This document shows positions 19,524 to 31,521 of a stretch of 64,000 nucleotides of DNA, piece after piece. The translations under genes were made by a program, and so were the position numbers. The notes under the pieces were generated by a model, which did no database searches, was not told the origin of the DNA, and saw only the letters and a program-made list of their open reading frames with translations. The DNA is from an uncultured virus (IMG/VR IMGVR_UViG_3300042887_005898) (taxonomy: Duplodnaviria; Heunggongvirae; Uroviricota; Caudoviricetes): the IMG/VR virus record IMGVR_UViG_3300042887_005898, one strand, 5' to 3'. The stretch's first letter is position 1. Every line of letters begins with the position of its first letter.

Positions 19524-20005
19524 CAATTAATGAATACTTCAATCAAGATAGAACACCAGAGTTCTGGTCATTAGAACATCCTTATCCAGGAGGGCCAAAT
19601 GATGATAATGTTAAAACTTTTTTGAAATACCGAGTCGAAGGTACTACTTTGTTACTTGGTCTAACTAAAAAATTAATAAAATATTCTGACTTTCAGATGG
19701 ATATAGATCCTTTTCAAATCACTGATAGTGTTATTAAAGGTGATTGGGTTAGTAATACAGAATTTTATGATAACATACTTGGAGATGGAGTTCTTAATTT
19801 CAACAAAGATTTAGAAGTTGACTTATTAAAGATGGCATCTAAGTGTTGTAATAGATTGATAATTCGGTCTTTTAATTACAAATATGATTGGATGAAAATT
19901 GCTTCTAATTTCCCAACCGAAAATGATTTATATCTTCGACCTACTTGGTTTGAAAAGTATGATGAAAATTGTACCTTTTTTATATGGAACTTTCAAAACA
20001 AATAA
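19520..20005 (+). CDS. Hypothetical protein, possibly degenerate Rossmann/methyltransferase fold
   Basis: LLLGLT...MDID...KGDW...YDNILGDGVLNF pattern. Confidence 0.45.
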   Translation: MTINEYFNQDRTPEFWSLEHPYPGGPNDDNVKTFLKYRVEGTTLLLGLTKKLIKYSDFQMDIDPFQITDSVIKGDWVSNTEFYDNILGDGVLNFNKDLEVDLLKMASKCCNRLIIRSFNYKYDWMKIASNFPTENDLYLRPTWFEKYDENCTFFIWNFQNK

Positions 20006-21018
20006 CACAATCTGTTTCTGATTTATTAAAGTGGTTTGAATCTTCTCAATGGAATCATCATCCTAAATTTAATCAATTACACGGTTTGCCAATACTCTAT
20101 AGAGAAGATTTTAGAAATCTCAAAATGGAAAATCTTTATTATCAAACAGTCACTACTGGATCAACTGGTCAACCAGTTGTAACACAAAAGACGGTTGAAG
20201 ATCAAATTTGGTATTTGGCAACTAATATTAGAGAAATTAGATGGAGAAAATGGGACATAACAAAAAATATTTTTTTCATAAACGCTAAAAACTCTCGTAA
20301 GATACAAAATAATTGGGGTGTACCGATTGAAATCGAACCAATACAAGGAAAAGCTTATTTTATTGGTTTCGAGCCAATCAAAGATATACAAGCTTATTTA
20401 GAAGAAGTTAATCCACACTATATACAAGCACCTTATTCTATAATTAAAAGGCTAGACCTCACTAAGATATCAAATTTTATAGACTATAAAGGATCCGGTG
20501 AAATAGGTGGTAGCTTATATTCGAGTGAAGAATGTGGTACAATAGCTATTCAGTGTCCAGATAATAAGAATAATTATCATGTAATGGAAAATCAATTGGT
20601 TGAGCAAGATACAGATAAAGGAATTATTATTAGTACACTGACTAATCCTTATATTAGAAGATATAAACACGGTGACTTAATTGAAATTGGTCAATGTAAT
20701 TGTGGTAGAAGTCTTCAAACAATAACAAAAATATACGGTAGAGTTAGAAATCTTTTTAAGTTAAAAAATGGTGATGTTAAATACCCCTTAGTTGGTTCTT
20801 TATCATATCATAAATTTGGAATAAAACAATTTAAATGTATTCAAATTGATTTAGACAATATAGAGTTGAATATTATTTGTGAACCTCTTGGTGAAAGAGA
20901 AATAGACTTAATTAATTTAGTTAAAGAATGGCTAAGTGAGGATGTTAATATAAAAATTGTTTATGTTGATTCTTTCAATGAATATAAACATGAAGAATTT
21001 GTTTCATTAGTTACTTAA
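19969..21018 (+). CDS. Phenylacetate-CoA ligase/F390 synthetase-like adenylate-forming enzyme
   Basis: TTGSTGQP, YSSEECGTIAIQCP, RYKHGDL, CNCGRSL, IYGRV. Confidence 0.85.
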   Translation: MYLFYMELSKQITQSVSDLLKWFESSQWNHHPKFNQLHGLPILYREDFRNLKMENLYYQTVTTGSTGQPVVTQKTVEDQIWYLATNIREIRWRKWDITKNIFFINAKNSRKIQNNWGVPIEIEPIQGKAYFIGFEPIKDIQAYLEEVNPHYIQAPYSIIKRLDLTKISNFIDYKGSGEIGGSLYSSEECGTIAIQCPDNKNNYHVMENQLVEQDTDKGIIISTLTNPYIRRYKHGDLIEIGQCNCGRSLQTITKIYGRVRNLFKLKNGDVKYPLVGSLSYHKFGIKQFKCIQIDLDNIELNIICEPLGEREIDLINLVKEWLSEDVNIKIVYVDSFNEYKHEEFVSLVT

Positions 21019-21049
21019 ACTTGTCAGAGAAAATAAACTATCATTACTA

Positions 21050-21433
21050 ATGTGGGTTATAACTGCTTCAAAAGGAATAGAACATCAAAGAGATAATAAA
21101 ATTCTAGATATTTTAGAAGAGAAACCTAATTTTCAATTTCTATCTAAACGAGTTCGTGGAAACTCTAAATACTCGACAACTCCAATTGTAGAGTACGCAA
21201 TTATTTTCAAAACAGAATCCGGAGCTCTTAGATTAATTAAAAATTTTAATAGTGACACAAATAAGTCTTATTTCACAAGCAAATTCAGTTGGATAAAAGA
21301 TTATGTACTAAGTGTTAGAAAGCTAACAAAAGAAGAATGGGAAAGATTTATTAACTTCGAAATATCAAGATTAGACAATAAATATCAAAAACAAAGGTAT
21401 AAATTACTTGATAAGAAAAATCAGTATAAGTAA
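21050..21433 (+). CDS. Hypothetical protein with N-terminal RDNKI tag
   Basis: QRDNKILDILEE near the N-terminus. Confidence 0.6.
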   Translation: MWVITASKGIEHQRDNKILDILEEKPNFQFLSKRVRGNSKYSTTPIVEYAIIFKTESGALRLIKNFNSDTNKSYFTSKFSWIKDYVLSVRKLTKEEWERFINFEISRLDNKYQKQRYKLLDKKNQYK

Positions 21434-21435
21434 AA

Positions 21436-21906
21436 CTAAGGTCTTGTTGGATAAATTCCTTCAAGACAAATTATATAAGTCAACCTTAATGATGGTTGAT
21501 GTGTGTCTAAACTTTGACTTGTCGCAACAGAAATAATATCTTCTTGTTCAGTAGATTTACTTAAATTATTTTCTATATTTACGATTTTTAAGTCCACCTT
21601 ATCCGAGCCTTCAACTTGTCCTAGATTATATCTATCTGAACCAATAACTACTCTGTTATTCAAGTTTGGAAGGTTAAAGTAGGTCTGATTATTACCACCA
21701 TAAGTACAACCAATTATTGAGAATAATGGTTGATAGAAGGCTATTGACAAAGCTTGACCATCACAAAATGCCCAACCTTTTGGTGCAAAATTTCCTGAAA
21801 ATATTCTTATCTCACCTACAAATGCTTCTACATTATATTGAGCCACACTATCAAATGACTTTATAAATAGAAAAAAAGTTAGAAGAAATGTAAATATGTT
21901 TTTCAT
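21436..21906 (-). CDS. Tail collar domain protein with signal peptide
   Basis: FVGEIRIFSGNFAPKGWAFCDGQ...YGGN..TYFNLPNL; HQPSLRLTYIICLEGIYP. Confidence 0.88.
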   Translation of the reverse strand: MKNIFTFLLTFFLFIKSFDSVAQYNVEAFVGEIRIFSGNFAPKGWAFCDGQALSIAFYQPLFSIIGCTYGGNNQTYFNLPNLNNRVVIGSDRYNLGQVEGSDKVDLKIVNIENNLSKSTEQEDIISVATSQSLDTHQPSLRLTYIICLEGIYPTRP

Positions 21907-21950
21907 AAAGTGTATATTTTTGTAATATATATTAAAAATATTTTCAGTCT

Positions 21951-22322
21951 ATGTTGGATCTAAACTGGTTTTATCAATCTCCTATTGACTTTGAACATAA
22001 AAATTATCTACTATTACATTATCTGAGTACAGTAGATTCAAGTTATTCTCAACGCATCTTGAGCCCTTATTTGCTTTGGACTGAAAAACTAGTAAGAGAA
22101 TTACAAGATTTTAGAATAAAATCTCATCAAATAGAATCATCAATTATAACTGAAATTAAATCATTAGATTTGATTCAAATGAAAGTAATAAGAAAAGAAG
22201 TAGATAAGAACAATGAAATTAAATTGATATTTGAGATTGTTGAATATTCTACTCCACTTTTAGAAAGTAAACTAAAATTAGGTTACAAGTTACTAGATAA
22301 ATATCCACAGATTTTATATTAA
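21951..22322 (+). CDS. Hypothetical protein
   Basis: WF..PIDFEHKNYLLLHYL N-terminus. Confidence 0.7.
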   Translation: MLDLNWFYQSPIDFEHKNYLLLHYLSTVDSSYSQRILSPYLLWTEKLVRELQDFRIKSHQIESSIITEIKSLDLIQMKVIRKEVDKNNEIKLIFEIVEYSTPLLESKLKLGYKLLDKYPQILY

Positions 22323-22371
22323 AAAAAAGACCACCAATTGGTGGTCTTTTTCATTTGAAGATGAAGAATTA

Positions 22372-24015
<1,644 letters not shown>

Positions 24016-24023
24016 TTAATTAA

Positions 24024-24299
24024 TTAGATGATTGCAAAGATATCAGATTCTTTCATGATAAGAAGATCTTTTTCTTCATACTTTAATTCAGTTCCACTGT
24101 ATTTTCCGTAGAGAACAGTGTCACCAACTTTAACGGTAAGTGGCTCATCTTTTTTGCCATTACCAATAGCGATAACTCGACCACGCTGTGGTTTCTCTTG
24201 AGCAGTATCTGGAATAATGATACCACTCGATGTCTTTACTTCTGTTGGGGCGGGTTCCACCAGAACCCTGTCACCCAAGGGTTTAATTGAATTTACCAT
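24024..24299 (-). CDS. groS: Co-chaperonin GroES
   Basis: [22 protein letters not shown]. Confidence 0.99.
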   Translation of the reverse strand: MVNSIKPLGDRVLVEPAPTEVKTSSGIIIPDTAQEKPQRGRVIAIGNGKKDEPLTVKVGDTVLYGKYSGTELKYEEKDLLIMKESDIFAII

Positions 24300-24362
24300 A
24301 AATTTTTATAGATTGTTGTTTAACGATTAGTTATATTTTTCGGATTAAAAATGTTTTAAATT

Positions 24363-24953
24363 TTATTTGAAAATTTTTTCAAGTTTTGAATTTCTTTTTT
24401 GTTGAACGGTATTAAACTCAATGAAAAGTTTAGGGTTTTTAACAAACTCTTCAATCTCATTACGAAATCTAAAAAGTGGACTTTTTGATTTATTGAGTAG
24501 TCGACCATCTAAGATATAGTGATAATATTCACTTTCAAACTCACAAATAATATCTTGATTCAAACAGTCTATCCAATTATCTTCTATTTCCCAATTTGTA
24601 TCAGTATCATCAATGAAAGAAAATACTATAAGTATGATTAGAATAATTATAAAGGCAACCCAAGATAAAATTAATAGAGCGTTATCAGTACTTACCAAAA
24701 TCATTCCATTTTCAATTGGTATTTCTTCATGATATGATAAAACATCAAAGTCTTTTTCTTTAACTACATAAAGATGTTCAACACCGTATTCAAATTTAGA
24801 AACAACAGGTATTTGTTTTTTCTTGTCATAATCTAAATTGGTTATTGGTATTAACAATAATAGATCAACGATTATTAATAATATCTTTATTTTATTATTC
24901 TTGATAAGTCTTGAGATAAATCTAAATATTCTTTTTATTTTCATATTATTCAA
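24363..24953 (-). CDS. Two-TM membrane protein with C-terminal tag
   Basis: Ends KRNSKLEKIFK. Confidence 0.65.
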   Translation of the reverse strand: MNNMKIKRIFRFISRLIKNNKIKILLIIVDLLLLIPITNLDYDKKKQIPVVSKFEYGVEHLYVVKEKDFDVLSYHEEIPIENGMILVSTDNALLILSWVAFIIILIILIVFSFIDDTDTNWEIEDNWIDCLNQDIICEFESEYYHYILDGRLLNKSKSPLFRFRNEIEEFVKNPKLFIEFNTVQQKRNSKLEKIFK

Positions 24954-25145
24954 AGTCTTTATTTTTTCGATAGTTACCTAAACCAATAGTGTCAAATTCA
25001 TCTTTTGAAATTGTTCTTTTAACACCCATTTCTCTTAACACATCATTAATTGGTCTGGATAAATAATCTTGTGATTTTCCAAATTTTCATACTACAAATA
25101 TAATAAATAATTTTTAAAATAAAATAATATAAGTATATTTGTGAA

Positions 25146-25505
25146 ATGTTAAAAGAAGAATTTATTGATTTCTTACTAAAAATCGGATTTACTAGAAATT
25201 GGCAAACAATGGATAGTTATTCAATTAATACTGATACAGATCATAATGTTCACTCGGAATCTATGGACTCGATTGTGGTAACCATAGAAGAGAATAAATT
25301 AAATTTGTCTACTTGTAACATTTCACTAAATGGCATGAAGGGTAAGCATTTAGCTCAATATGATTTAGAAAAATTTAATGATAAATCAAAAATGAAATTC
25401 TTAATTAAGATAGCGAGATCATTTGAAGAAATACCAGAATCATTAAAACCTTATCTAAGAGACATTAAACTAAAAAAAATATTAGACGATTATGAAGGAA
25501 TATAA
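25146..25505 (+). CDS. Hypothetical protein with C-terminal tag
   Basis: LRDIKLKKILDD near the end. Confidence 0.65.
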   Translation: MLKEEFIDFLLKIGFTRNWQTMDSYSINTDTDHNVHSESMDSIVVTIEENKLNLSTCNISLNGMKGKHLAQYDLEKFNDKSKMKFLIKIARSFEEIPESLKPYLRDIKLKKILDDYEGI

Positions 25506-25722
25506 CGAATCAACATACCAAAACATATTGTCATATTCAACTGAATATATGCAAGAAATTCTAAATCAATTTCGATGTAGAATTTGTGATGAATTACATT
25601 TAGAATCTGATAATTTTGGTCACCTTGACTACTATACAAATTCTAATTTTATATGCGATAGTTGTGAAAAAAATAAAAAAAGAAATTCAAAAATTGAAAA
25701 TATATTAAATGACACTAAATAA
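25492..25722 (+). CDS. Small Zn-ribbon protein with C-terminal tag
   Basis: CRIC...CDSC; KRNSKIENILND. Confidence 0.65.
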   Translation: MKEYNESTYQNILSYSTEYMQEILNQFRCRICDELHLESDNFGHLDYYTNSNFICDSCEKNKKRNSKIENILNDTK

Positions 25723-26038
25723 AATTTGGGAGTATGTGAACTCTAATAAAGAAGAATTAAGAAAACTAGGAATTAAATTTAACAAACACGAAAAAAACCA
25801 CGGAGATGAATATCTAAATGAAAGTGGAGTATCATACTTTTTCAAAATATTTGGTGATCAGTATGAAGTAGGGTATCTGTATATAACAGAAGATAATGAT
25901 GATTGGGCTCAAGCTGAATGTTATGAGTATAAGATCTGTAGAAAAAATGATAAACACTTTGATCCTAATGAACTCTACAAGTTACTTAGTAACTACAAAT
26001 CTAATTTAAGAGATTATACTATCAATCAAATAGTTTAA
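25709..26038 (+). CDS. Hypothetical protein with C-terminal tag
   Basis: Ends LRDYTINQIV. Confidence 0.6.
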   Translation: MTLNKIWEYVNSNKEELRKLGIKFNKHEKNHGDEYLNESGVSYFFKIFGDQYEVGYLYITEDNDDWAQAECYEYKICRKNDKHFDPNELYKLLSNYKSNLRDYTINQIV

Positions 26039-26719
26039 CAAATCTAATAGACCATCTAATTGGTCAGCCTTATAAAAGTCTTCGTCTTCTCCTTCAATTT
26101 GTTTTCTAACACTGTTGAAAAATACCCAGAACCACTCATCTTCTGACTTCACAATAGAAATACTCCATAAAACTTTATGTGGACCTTCAGTCGTTACTCT
26201 TTCTAATCTCACTGAAGTACCAAACGACCAGTTTATTAATCTTAATTTATGTTTGTCAGCCAACTCTTGAATTTTTTCATATTCATATTTAGTGAACATA
26301 TCACTTTTTTCAGTGCTTCTCCAATAGTCAGTCGATGTAACTTCTCTCCAAGACTCAGCTGACTCATTCATTCTTTTAGTTTTTTCTTTTGAAGCTTCAC
26401 ACTTAGATTTTATATACTCATAAGCTCTTTCGAGTCTTTTCTTAGTATCAGGATCTTTTGCTCTTCTAAGAGAAACTCTAAGTCTTTGTTCAATTAGATT
26501 TAATATTTGTGATTGTCTTTTATGTGATTTCGATTTAAATGATTTGCTATTAACAGTTTGAACTATATCTTCTTTTGTTCTAAACTTTACCGGGACTGTA
26601 TCTTTTGGATTTTCATCAGTATAAAGTCTTCTACTTGAATTCTTTGGTTTCTTGCCTGTTCCTACTTTAGGGTCAGCTTCTTCTGTTAAGAAATCTAAAA
26701 AGTCTGTAAGATGTTTCAT
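26006..26719 (-). CDS. Putative internal head protein: basic N-domain plus DEW...ADQ family domain
   Basis: Likely start MKHLTDFLDFLTEE; RRLYTDENPKDTV; DEWFW...YKADQLDGL. Confidence 0.7.
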   Translation of the reverse strand: MKHLTDFLDFLTEEADPKVGTGKKPKNSSRRLYTDENPKDTVPVKFRTKEDIVQTVNSKSFKSKSHKRQSQILNLIEQRLRVSLRRAKDPDTKKRLERAYEYIKSKCEASKEKTKRMNESAESWREVTSTDYWRSTEKSDMFTKYEYEKIQELADKHKLRLINWSFGTSVRLERVTTEGPHKVLWSISIVKSEDEWFWVFFNSVRKQIEGEDEDFYKADQLDGLLDLLNYLIDSIIS

Positions 26720-26787
26720 TTTAGTATATATTAAAAACAAAAAAGACCACTTATAGTGGTCTAATTTTTTAAGAAGATTGAATATCG

Positions 26788-27498
26788 TTATTGAGCTGGT
26801 GGTTGTGGTGTTTCAGACTTTACATTCATTTCAACACGAGTTGCTCCTGCTTTATTTGTAATAACTTGTTTACCAACTTCTTGAAGATTTTTACTTTCAT
26901 AAATCTTCATTGCTGTAGCAACATCGATTGCTTGTTCTGTTTGTTCAGATGGTGTAGGAACAAAACTCAAGTAATTAATTCGAACACCTCTTTGTGAAAG
27001 GGCAGTATTAACTTTGTTTTGTAGAGTATCTTCAAATTCTGATTGATCGAATTCTACAATATCAATATTCAAAAGTAAATCACGAGCAATATCTTTAATT
27101 CTTTTATCTATAATCGAATTCTCAGCTGATTCAAATCGAGAGTTATTAGAACTTACCTCATCATTATCTGAATTGGTTTTGGCAAGATAAGGAGCTTCTG
27201 TTATAAATTTAACTGGATCAATAATTTCATATTCATAATCCATATCAATGTTTGTCTTAACTTTGTTAGCAAAGTTTGTTTTGAAATGAGATTCTCCAGT
27301 CATAGGTGCTCCTGGAATTGTAGTTTTCAATTCACACGGTGTTATTCGTTTGGGTATTGTTTGACCAGCAGGAATGAGTTCCCAGGTGAGTCCACAGTCA
27401 TTAGAGATAAGTGTTCTGACATTTGCTTGTGATCGTTCACAAGATTGTAGAGTAAGCATAGTTAATACTACTCCAAATAAAAGCATGATTTTTTTCAT
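26788..27498 (-). CDS. SPFH/Band-7-like lipoprotein
   Basis: Lipobox LQSC; YEIIDPVKF...RGVRINYLSFV pattern. Confidence 0.65.
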   Translation of the reverse strand: MKKIMLLFGVVLTMLTLQSCERSQANVRTLISNDCGLTWELIPAGQTIPKRITPCELKTTIPGAPMTGESHFKTNFANKVKTNIDMDYEYEIIDPVKFITEAPYLAKTNSDNDEVSSNNSRFESAENSIIDKRIKDIARDLLLNIDIVEFDQSEFEDTLQNKVNTALSQRGVRINYLSFVPTPSEQTEQAIDVATAMKIYESKNLQEVGKQVITNKAGATRVEMNVKSETPQPPAQ

Positions 27499-27510
27499 TT
27501 TATTTGATTT

Positions 27511-27714
27511 TTAAGATTGAACAATGTAACGAATTGCAACAATTGCAATATAAATAGTGACTAGTGGGAAAAAAAATCCAGCAAAGATTGTTGGAAAGAT
27601 AGGAGCGTTTTCCCAGTAACGACCTAGTAAAAACATAGAATACCATTTCTCTGATATTCCGAGTACGACTGCTAAAACAAAAGCAACCAGTAAGATTTTT
27701 CTAAATATTTTCAT
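27511..27714 (-). CDS. Small two-TM membrane protein
   Basis: Hydrophobic; upstream of the SPFH gene; host-type promoter upstream. Confidence 0.65.
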   Translation of the reverse strand: MKIFRKILLVAFVLAVVLGISEKWYSMFLLGRYWENAPIFPTIFAGFFFPLVTIYIAIVAIRYIVQS

Positions 27715-27759
27715 TTAACAAATATAAAGCTAATTTATTTAATTTCCAAAATGATTGTG

Positions 27760-28305
27760 TTATTTTAACAAATCATCTAATTTTTTGTCTCTAATCCAAG
27801 AAGTTTTTAAATCTACAATATTACAAGTCCAATTATTTTTCAGATCTGTTATATAATATTCTGCTTCTATTGAATGACCAAATGAATAAGGATTATTTCC
27901 ATTTTTATTAATTATACTGGTTTTAGTCTTTTTAGTGAAATGATAGCCATAGTCAAATGAATTTAACCTTTCAGGTTCTCGAATTACAATATCACTATTA
28001 GTTAAATAAATTGTGGGTATTTTAATATCAGAGTCGATTAAATCAAATATGCTATCGTAATAAATATTCGGTGACATAATTATAATATCTAATCTAAATA
28101 AATTAGAAATTATTTGATTCTTTACTGAATCCCAACTTGTAAGTGTTGATGATTTTATACTTACACATTTTTGTTTAGGATCATTATCACCGTGTATGTA
28201 CAAAACATTTTTACCAATCAACTCATAGAAATCAATAAGATAAGATATCATATAAGTTGAACCGGGACCGATAACTACTTTGGTTTTGTTTCCGATTTCT
28301 ATCAT
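27760..28305 (-). CDS. Hypothetical protein with C-terminal tag
   Basis: Ends IRDKKLDDLLK. Confidence 0.65.
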   Translation of the reverse strand: MIEIGNKTKVVIGPGSTYMISYLIDFYELIGKNVLYIHGDNDPKQKCVSIKSSTLTSWDSVKNQIISNLFRLDIIIMSPNIYYDSIFDLIDSDIKIPTIYLTNSDIVIREPERLNSFDYGYHFTKKTKTSIINKNGNNPYSFGHSIEAEYYITDLKNNWTCNIVDLKTSWIRDKKLDDLLK

Positions 28306-28664
28306 ACTAAATTATCTAAACCTTTTCTTCTTCTATATGTCCTTTTAGATTTTTCTATACTCTCTTCGGTCTTATAATAATCCATATAGTTGCCAAAAAA
28401 AAGAGCAGTACCATCTTCTAATTTATCGTTTATACAATTATCACAAATTGCAATTATAACTTGATTACCATCGTGTGATGAACCATAACCAGCTTCAATG
28501 ATGTGAATGATTCCATTACTAACCATATCATTGTTTATAGTTTTGAATTTACCATCATCGTTTTTCTCGCTTTTCCAGAGAATATCTTCTTCGGATATAT
28601 TTTTCTCTTTTCTGGAATACTCGTATGGTATTACATTATTTTTATTACAACAAATACAATACAT
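28302..28664 (-). CDS. Zn-binding hypothetical protein
   Basis: CICC...AGYGSSHDG...ICDNC. Confidence 0.7.
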   Translation of the reverse strand: MYCICCNKNNVIPYEYSRKEKNISEEDILWKSEKNDDGKFKTINNDMVSNGIIHIIEAGYGSSHDGNQVIIAICDNCINDKLEDGTALFFGNYMDYYKTEESIEKSKRTYRRRKGLDNLV

Positions 28665-28918
28665 TAATCTAAGTTTAAACTGTCCTTTATCAAATCATTA
28701 TAGTGTTGATACATGTGTTCCAATAAAGCGATCAGGTCAAAATCTTTATTTTGTTTTTTATGTTGTTCTAATATCTTCTTAGCCATTTCTGCTCTATAAC
28801 TAAGAAGAAGTCTTACTCTGTCGACCATTGAGTTTAATTGGTCTTCGCTCGGTTCACTAAGTCCTATAGCCTTAGTATATTTTTCTTCATTAAATTCTAA
28901 CATAGATTTATATATCAT
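28664..28918 (-). CDS. Hypothetical protein
   Basis: Translationally coupled ORF. Confidence 0.6.
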   Translation of the reverse strand: MIYKSMLEFNEEKYTKAIGLSEPSEDQLNSMVDRVRLLLSYRAEMAKKILEQHKKQNKDFDLIALLEHMYQHYNDLIKDSLNLD

Positions 28919-28922
28919 AAAT

Positions 28923-29534
28923 TTATTTTTCTGCGACTTTTCTAAATTCTGTTAATATTTTGTTTCTTAATTCTCTAAATTCTTGATCTAGTTCTTCCCA
29001 ATTCCAGTGCTTACTCTTTATTTTATTCCAAATAAAATTAGCACAAGAGTAATCATTTATGCAACCATTCATAGCAATTTGAGTCGCAAACATAGGAATT
29101 CTCAAAGAGTGAAAAATAGACTTCAAACCAATATTATATTCATTTGTTAATTCCAATTTCTTTTTTGATTTTATCCAGCTATTAGAACTTATATGAGAAG
29201 TTGCATGCCTAAGTTTATTTAAATTGACTTTAAAGTCATCAAATTTGATATCTTCTTTAATTTTAGCCCAATTAGGTGCGTAAATACATTCTAAATTATT
29301 TATACGATGCCATTCTAAATCACCTTTAAACTTATCTGGGGTATAGATATGAATATTAAACAATCCTTTTTGAATTTCAATTGACTCAACAGAATTGTTT
29401 GCTATCATAATGATATCCCAATCTGAATTTGAATTAGCGGTACCATAGACCTGACTCCCGAAAATATAAACATTAAAAACTCTTGATGTATGTATACCAG
29501 AAGCTTTAATTATTGTTTCTAGTGTTGGTATCAT
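28923..29534 (-). CDS. Pol-beta superfamily nucleotidyltransferase
   Basis: YIFGSQVYGTANSNSDWDII. Confidence 0.88.
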   Translation of the reverse strand: MIPTLETIIKASGIHTSRVFNVYIFGSQVYGTANSNSDWDIIMIANNSVESIEIQKGLFNIHIYTPDKFKGDLEWHRINNLECIYAPNWAKIKEDIKFDDFKVNLNKLRHATSHISSNSWIKSKKKLELTNEYNIGLKSIFHSLRIPMFATQIAMNGCINDYSCANFIWNKIKSKHWNWEELDQEFRELRNKILTEFRKVAEK

Positions 29535-29545
29535 TATAATATCTT

Positions 29546-29926
29546 TTACTTTCTGATTAATTTAGGATCAAATCCTAAGGTGTGATTAGATTCTTTTGGT
29601 TTTAGTTTTTCTAAAAATTCATTTTTTCTACTTGGAAATATTCTCATGGCAACTTCTAGAGGTGTCATTACATTTTCTTTTCTAGGAAAAGAACTATAGG
29701 TTAAATCTGATATTTCTAATCCAGGATCAATTAACTTTTCTGATGTTAAAACACACTTTGCACATCTTAAATCAAGTGGCATTTGTCTTTTAACATATAC
29801 TATTGCTTTTAAATCGTCATAGATATTTGATTGTTCATTTAGTTCTAGTCTGAAATCTTTTCTAGCATAATAACTAAGCCAATTTATTTCATGTTCTACA
29901 TATTCCCAAAAGGTTTTTTCATTCAT
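29546..29926 (-). CDS. Hypothetical protein
   Basis: ORF in operon. Confidence 0.65.
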   Translation of the reverse strand: MNEKTFWEYVEHEINWLSYYARKDFRLELNEQSNIYDDLKAIVYVKRQMPLDLRCAKCVLTSEKLIDPGLEISDLTYSSFPRKENVMTPLEVAMRIFPSRKNEFLEKLKPKESNHTLGFDPKLIRK

Positions 29927-30290
29927 TTTTTAATATTTTTGAAATTTTATATTCTCTTGTCCAATTCTTATTATCTAAGATAATTCCACAATACATACCA
30001 CTGATTTTATATTCTTCTTTTGATTCTATACCAGATTTTTTTTGAAAAATAATATTGCCTTTTTTAATTTTAAGCTTCTGTGATAGAATTTGAATAAATC
30101 TATCTTTAAATGGAATTAAATGGTATATTGAACTTTTGGATTTGGCTAATTTGAAGTACTTAACCTTAATTTTAATACAATCTATTATTTGTAAAGAATT
30201 TTGAGCAGCAATAAAAATTGGAACTTTATATTCCAATTGTATTTTATTGTCTGATAAAATTTTTAATTTAGATTGTTCAAGAATAGACAC
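29919..30290 (-). CDS. Basic hypothetical protein with C-terminal tag
   Basis: Ends TREYKISKILKNE. Confidence 0.55.
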   Translation of the reverse strand: MSILEQSKLKILSDNKIQLEYKVPIFIAAQNSLQIIDCIKIKVKYFKLAKSKSSIYHLIPFKDRFIQILSQKLKIKKGNIIFQKKSGIESKEEYKISGMYCGIILDNKNWTREYKISKILKNE

Positions 30291-30344
30291 TTTTATATTA
30301 GTTTAATATTGCTAATATAATAAAGAAAAATGAAAAATCAAATA

Positions 30345-30578
30345 TTATTCACCTTCTGGTTCTTCTGAAGTTTCCGTTTCTTCAATATTCTCTTGAACCC
30401 ACTTATTGACTTCAACATTGTTAATTGAGATAACCTCTTTATTATTGTCTAATTTGAAATTACTTATTTTATGCCCCATTTTTCTAAGACCTTCTATAGT
30501 CAAATTATGTCCTTTTAATTTGTTATCATCTTCACCTTCTTCTTTATCAAAGGATTCAAAAAATTTTAGATATTTCAT
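30345..30578 (-). CDS. Putative internal head protein
   Basis: MKYLKFFESF N-terminus. Confidence 0.6.
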   Translation of the reverse strand: MKYLKFFESFDKEEGEDDNKLKGHNLTIEGLRKMGHKISNFKLDNNKEVISINNVEVNKWVQENIEETETSEEPEGE

Positions 30579-30594
30579 TTTTCAAATTGTTTTA

Positions 30595-31083
30595 TTATGC
30601 TAATTTACCTTTAGCTTTATTCTCATAACTGTTCCATTGGAATAGAACTTCACCATCATTCTCCATATAAGTTGACTTACCATCCCCTGGTGTACTGAAT
30701 ATTTGTAGAGTACACCAACTGTTTGGTTCTTCTCTATATGATATATTCATATGAAAGTCTGTTACAGGTTTTCTCAAGACTTCAATACCTTTGGCTGGAC
30801 AAAGTATTGAAATTGATTGGCAAATATCGCCTGACCATTTCATCATACCATATGCTGTTTCACCACCTTCTTTAACTTTATCCAAAGCTTCTTTCCACAT
30901 CTTGTTATATGAGTTGTCATCTCTAACATTTTCAGTAATCATTTTGAGTCCTTTTTTCTTTAGACCTTCTTCATATCCCTTTGCCATCGACATCATTTTT
31001 TCTTTGCTGTCTCTCATCATGTTGTCTTTTTTTGCATCAGTATCTAACTCTTCAAATAAACTAAAGTTTTTCAAGTGTCTCAT
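30595..31083 (-). CDS. Putative internal head protein
   Basis: MRHLKNFSLFEE N-terminus; ATATATAA-type motif upstream. Confidence 0.65.
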   Translation of the reverse strand: MRHLKNFSLFEELDTDAKKDNMMRDSKEKMMSMAKGYEEGLKKKGLKMITENVRDDNSYNKMWKEALDKVKEGGETAYGMMKWSGDICQSISILCPAKGIEVLRKPVTDFHMNISYREEPNSWCTLQIFSTPGDGKSTYMENDGEVLFQWNSYENKAKGKLA

Positions 31084-31181
31084 ATTATTAATTGATATAT
31101 TTTTTTATTATATATAAAAATGTTAAATTCAAAAACTTTTTTATCAATAACTTTATAAAATACATAAAAATTTAAATAGAT

Positions 31182-31517
31182 ATGTATCAAATTAGAAAAG
31201 TAGAATCTTACACAATTTTAAGACACACTGAAACTGCTTACTTAGATCCGGAAAAATTCAGACAGTTTGGATATAACGGCGACTCAGAAGAAGAATTTCT
31301 TGCCTTCATCTCAGAATTAGATATTGATGACATATACGAAGATTTAGATAAAGAAACTCTTGATGAATTAGTCTCTATTAAAGAAGATTACAATTATACT
31401 GAATACTATAATTCTGCTTGGGATGGTGAGAACTCTTGGTTTGAAATCGGTGAGGAAAATAAAGAATATTCTAAGTACGGTGGGTTTGACGCAAGACACA
31501 CAACTCAAAAATTTTAA
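31182..31517 (+). CDS. Acidic hypothetical protein
   Basis: D/E-rich ORF. Confidence 0.7.
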   Translation: MYQIRKVESYTILRHTETAYLDPEKFRQFGYNGDSEEEFLAFISELDIDDIYEDLDKETLDELVSIKEDYNYTEYYNSAWDGENSWFEIGEENKEYSKYGGFDARHTTQKF

Positions 31518-31521
31518 AAAT

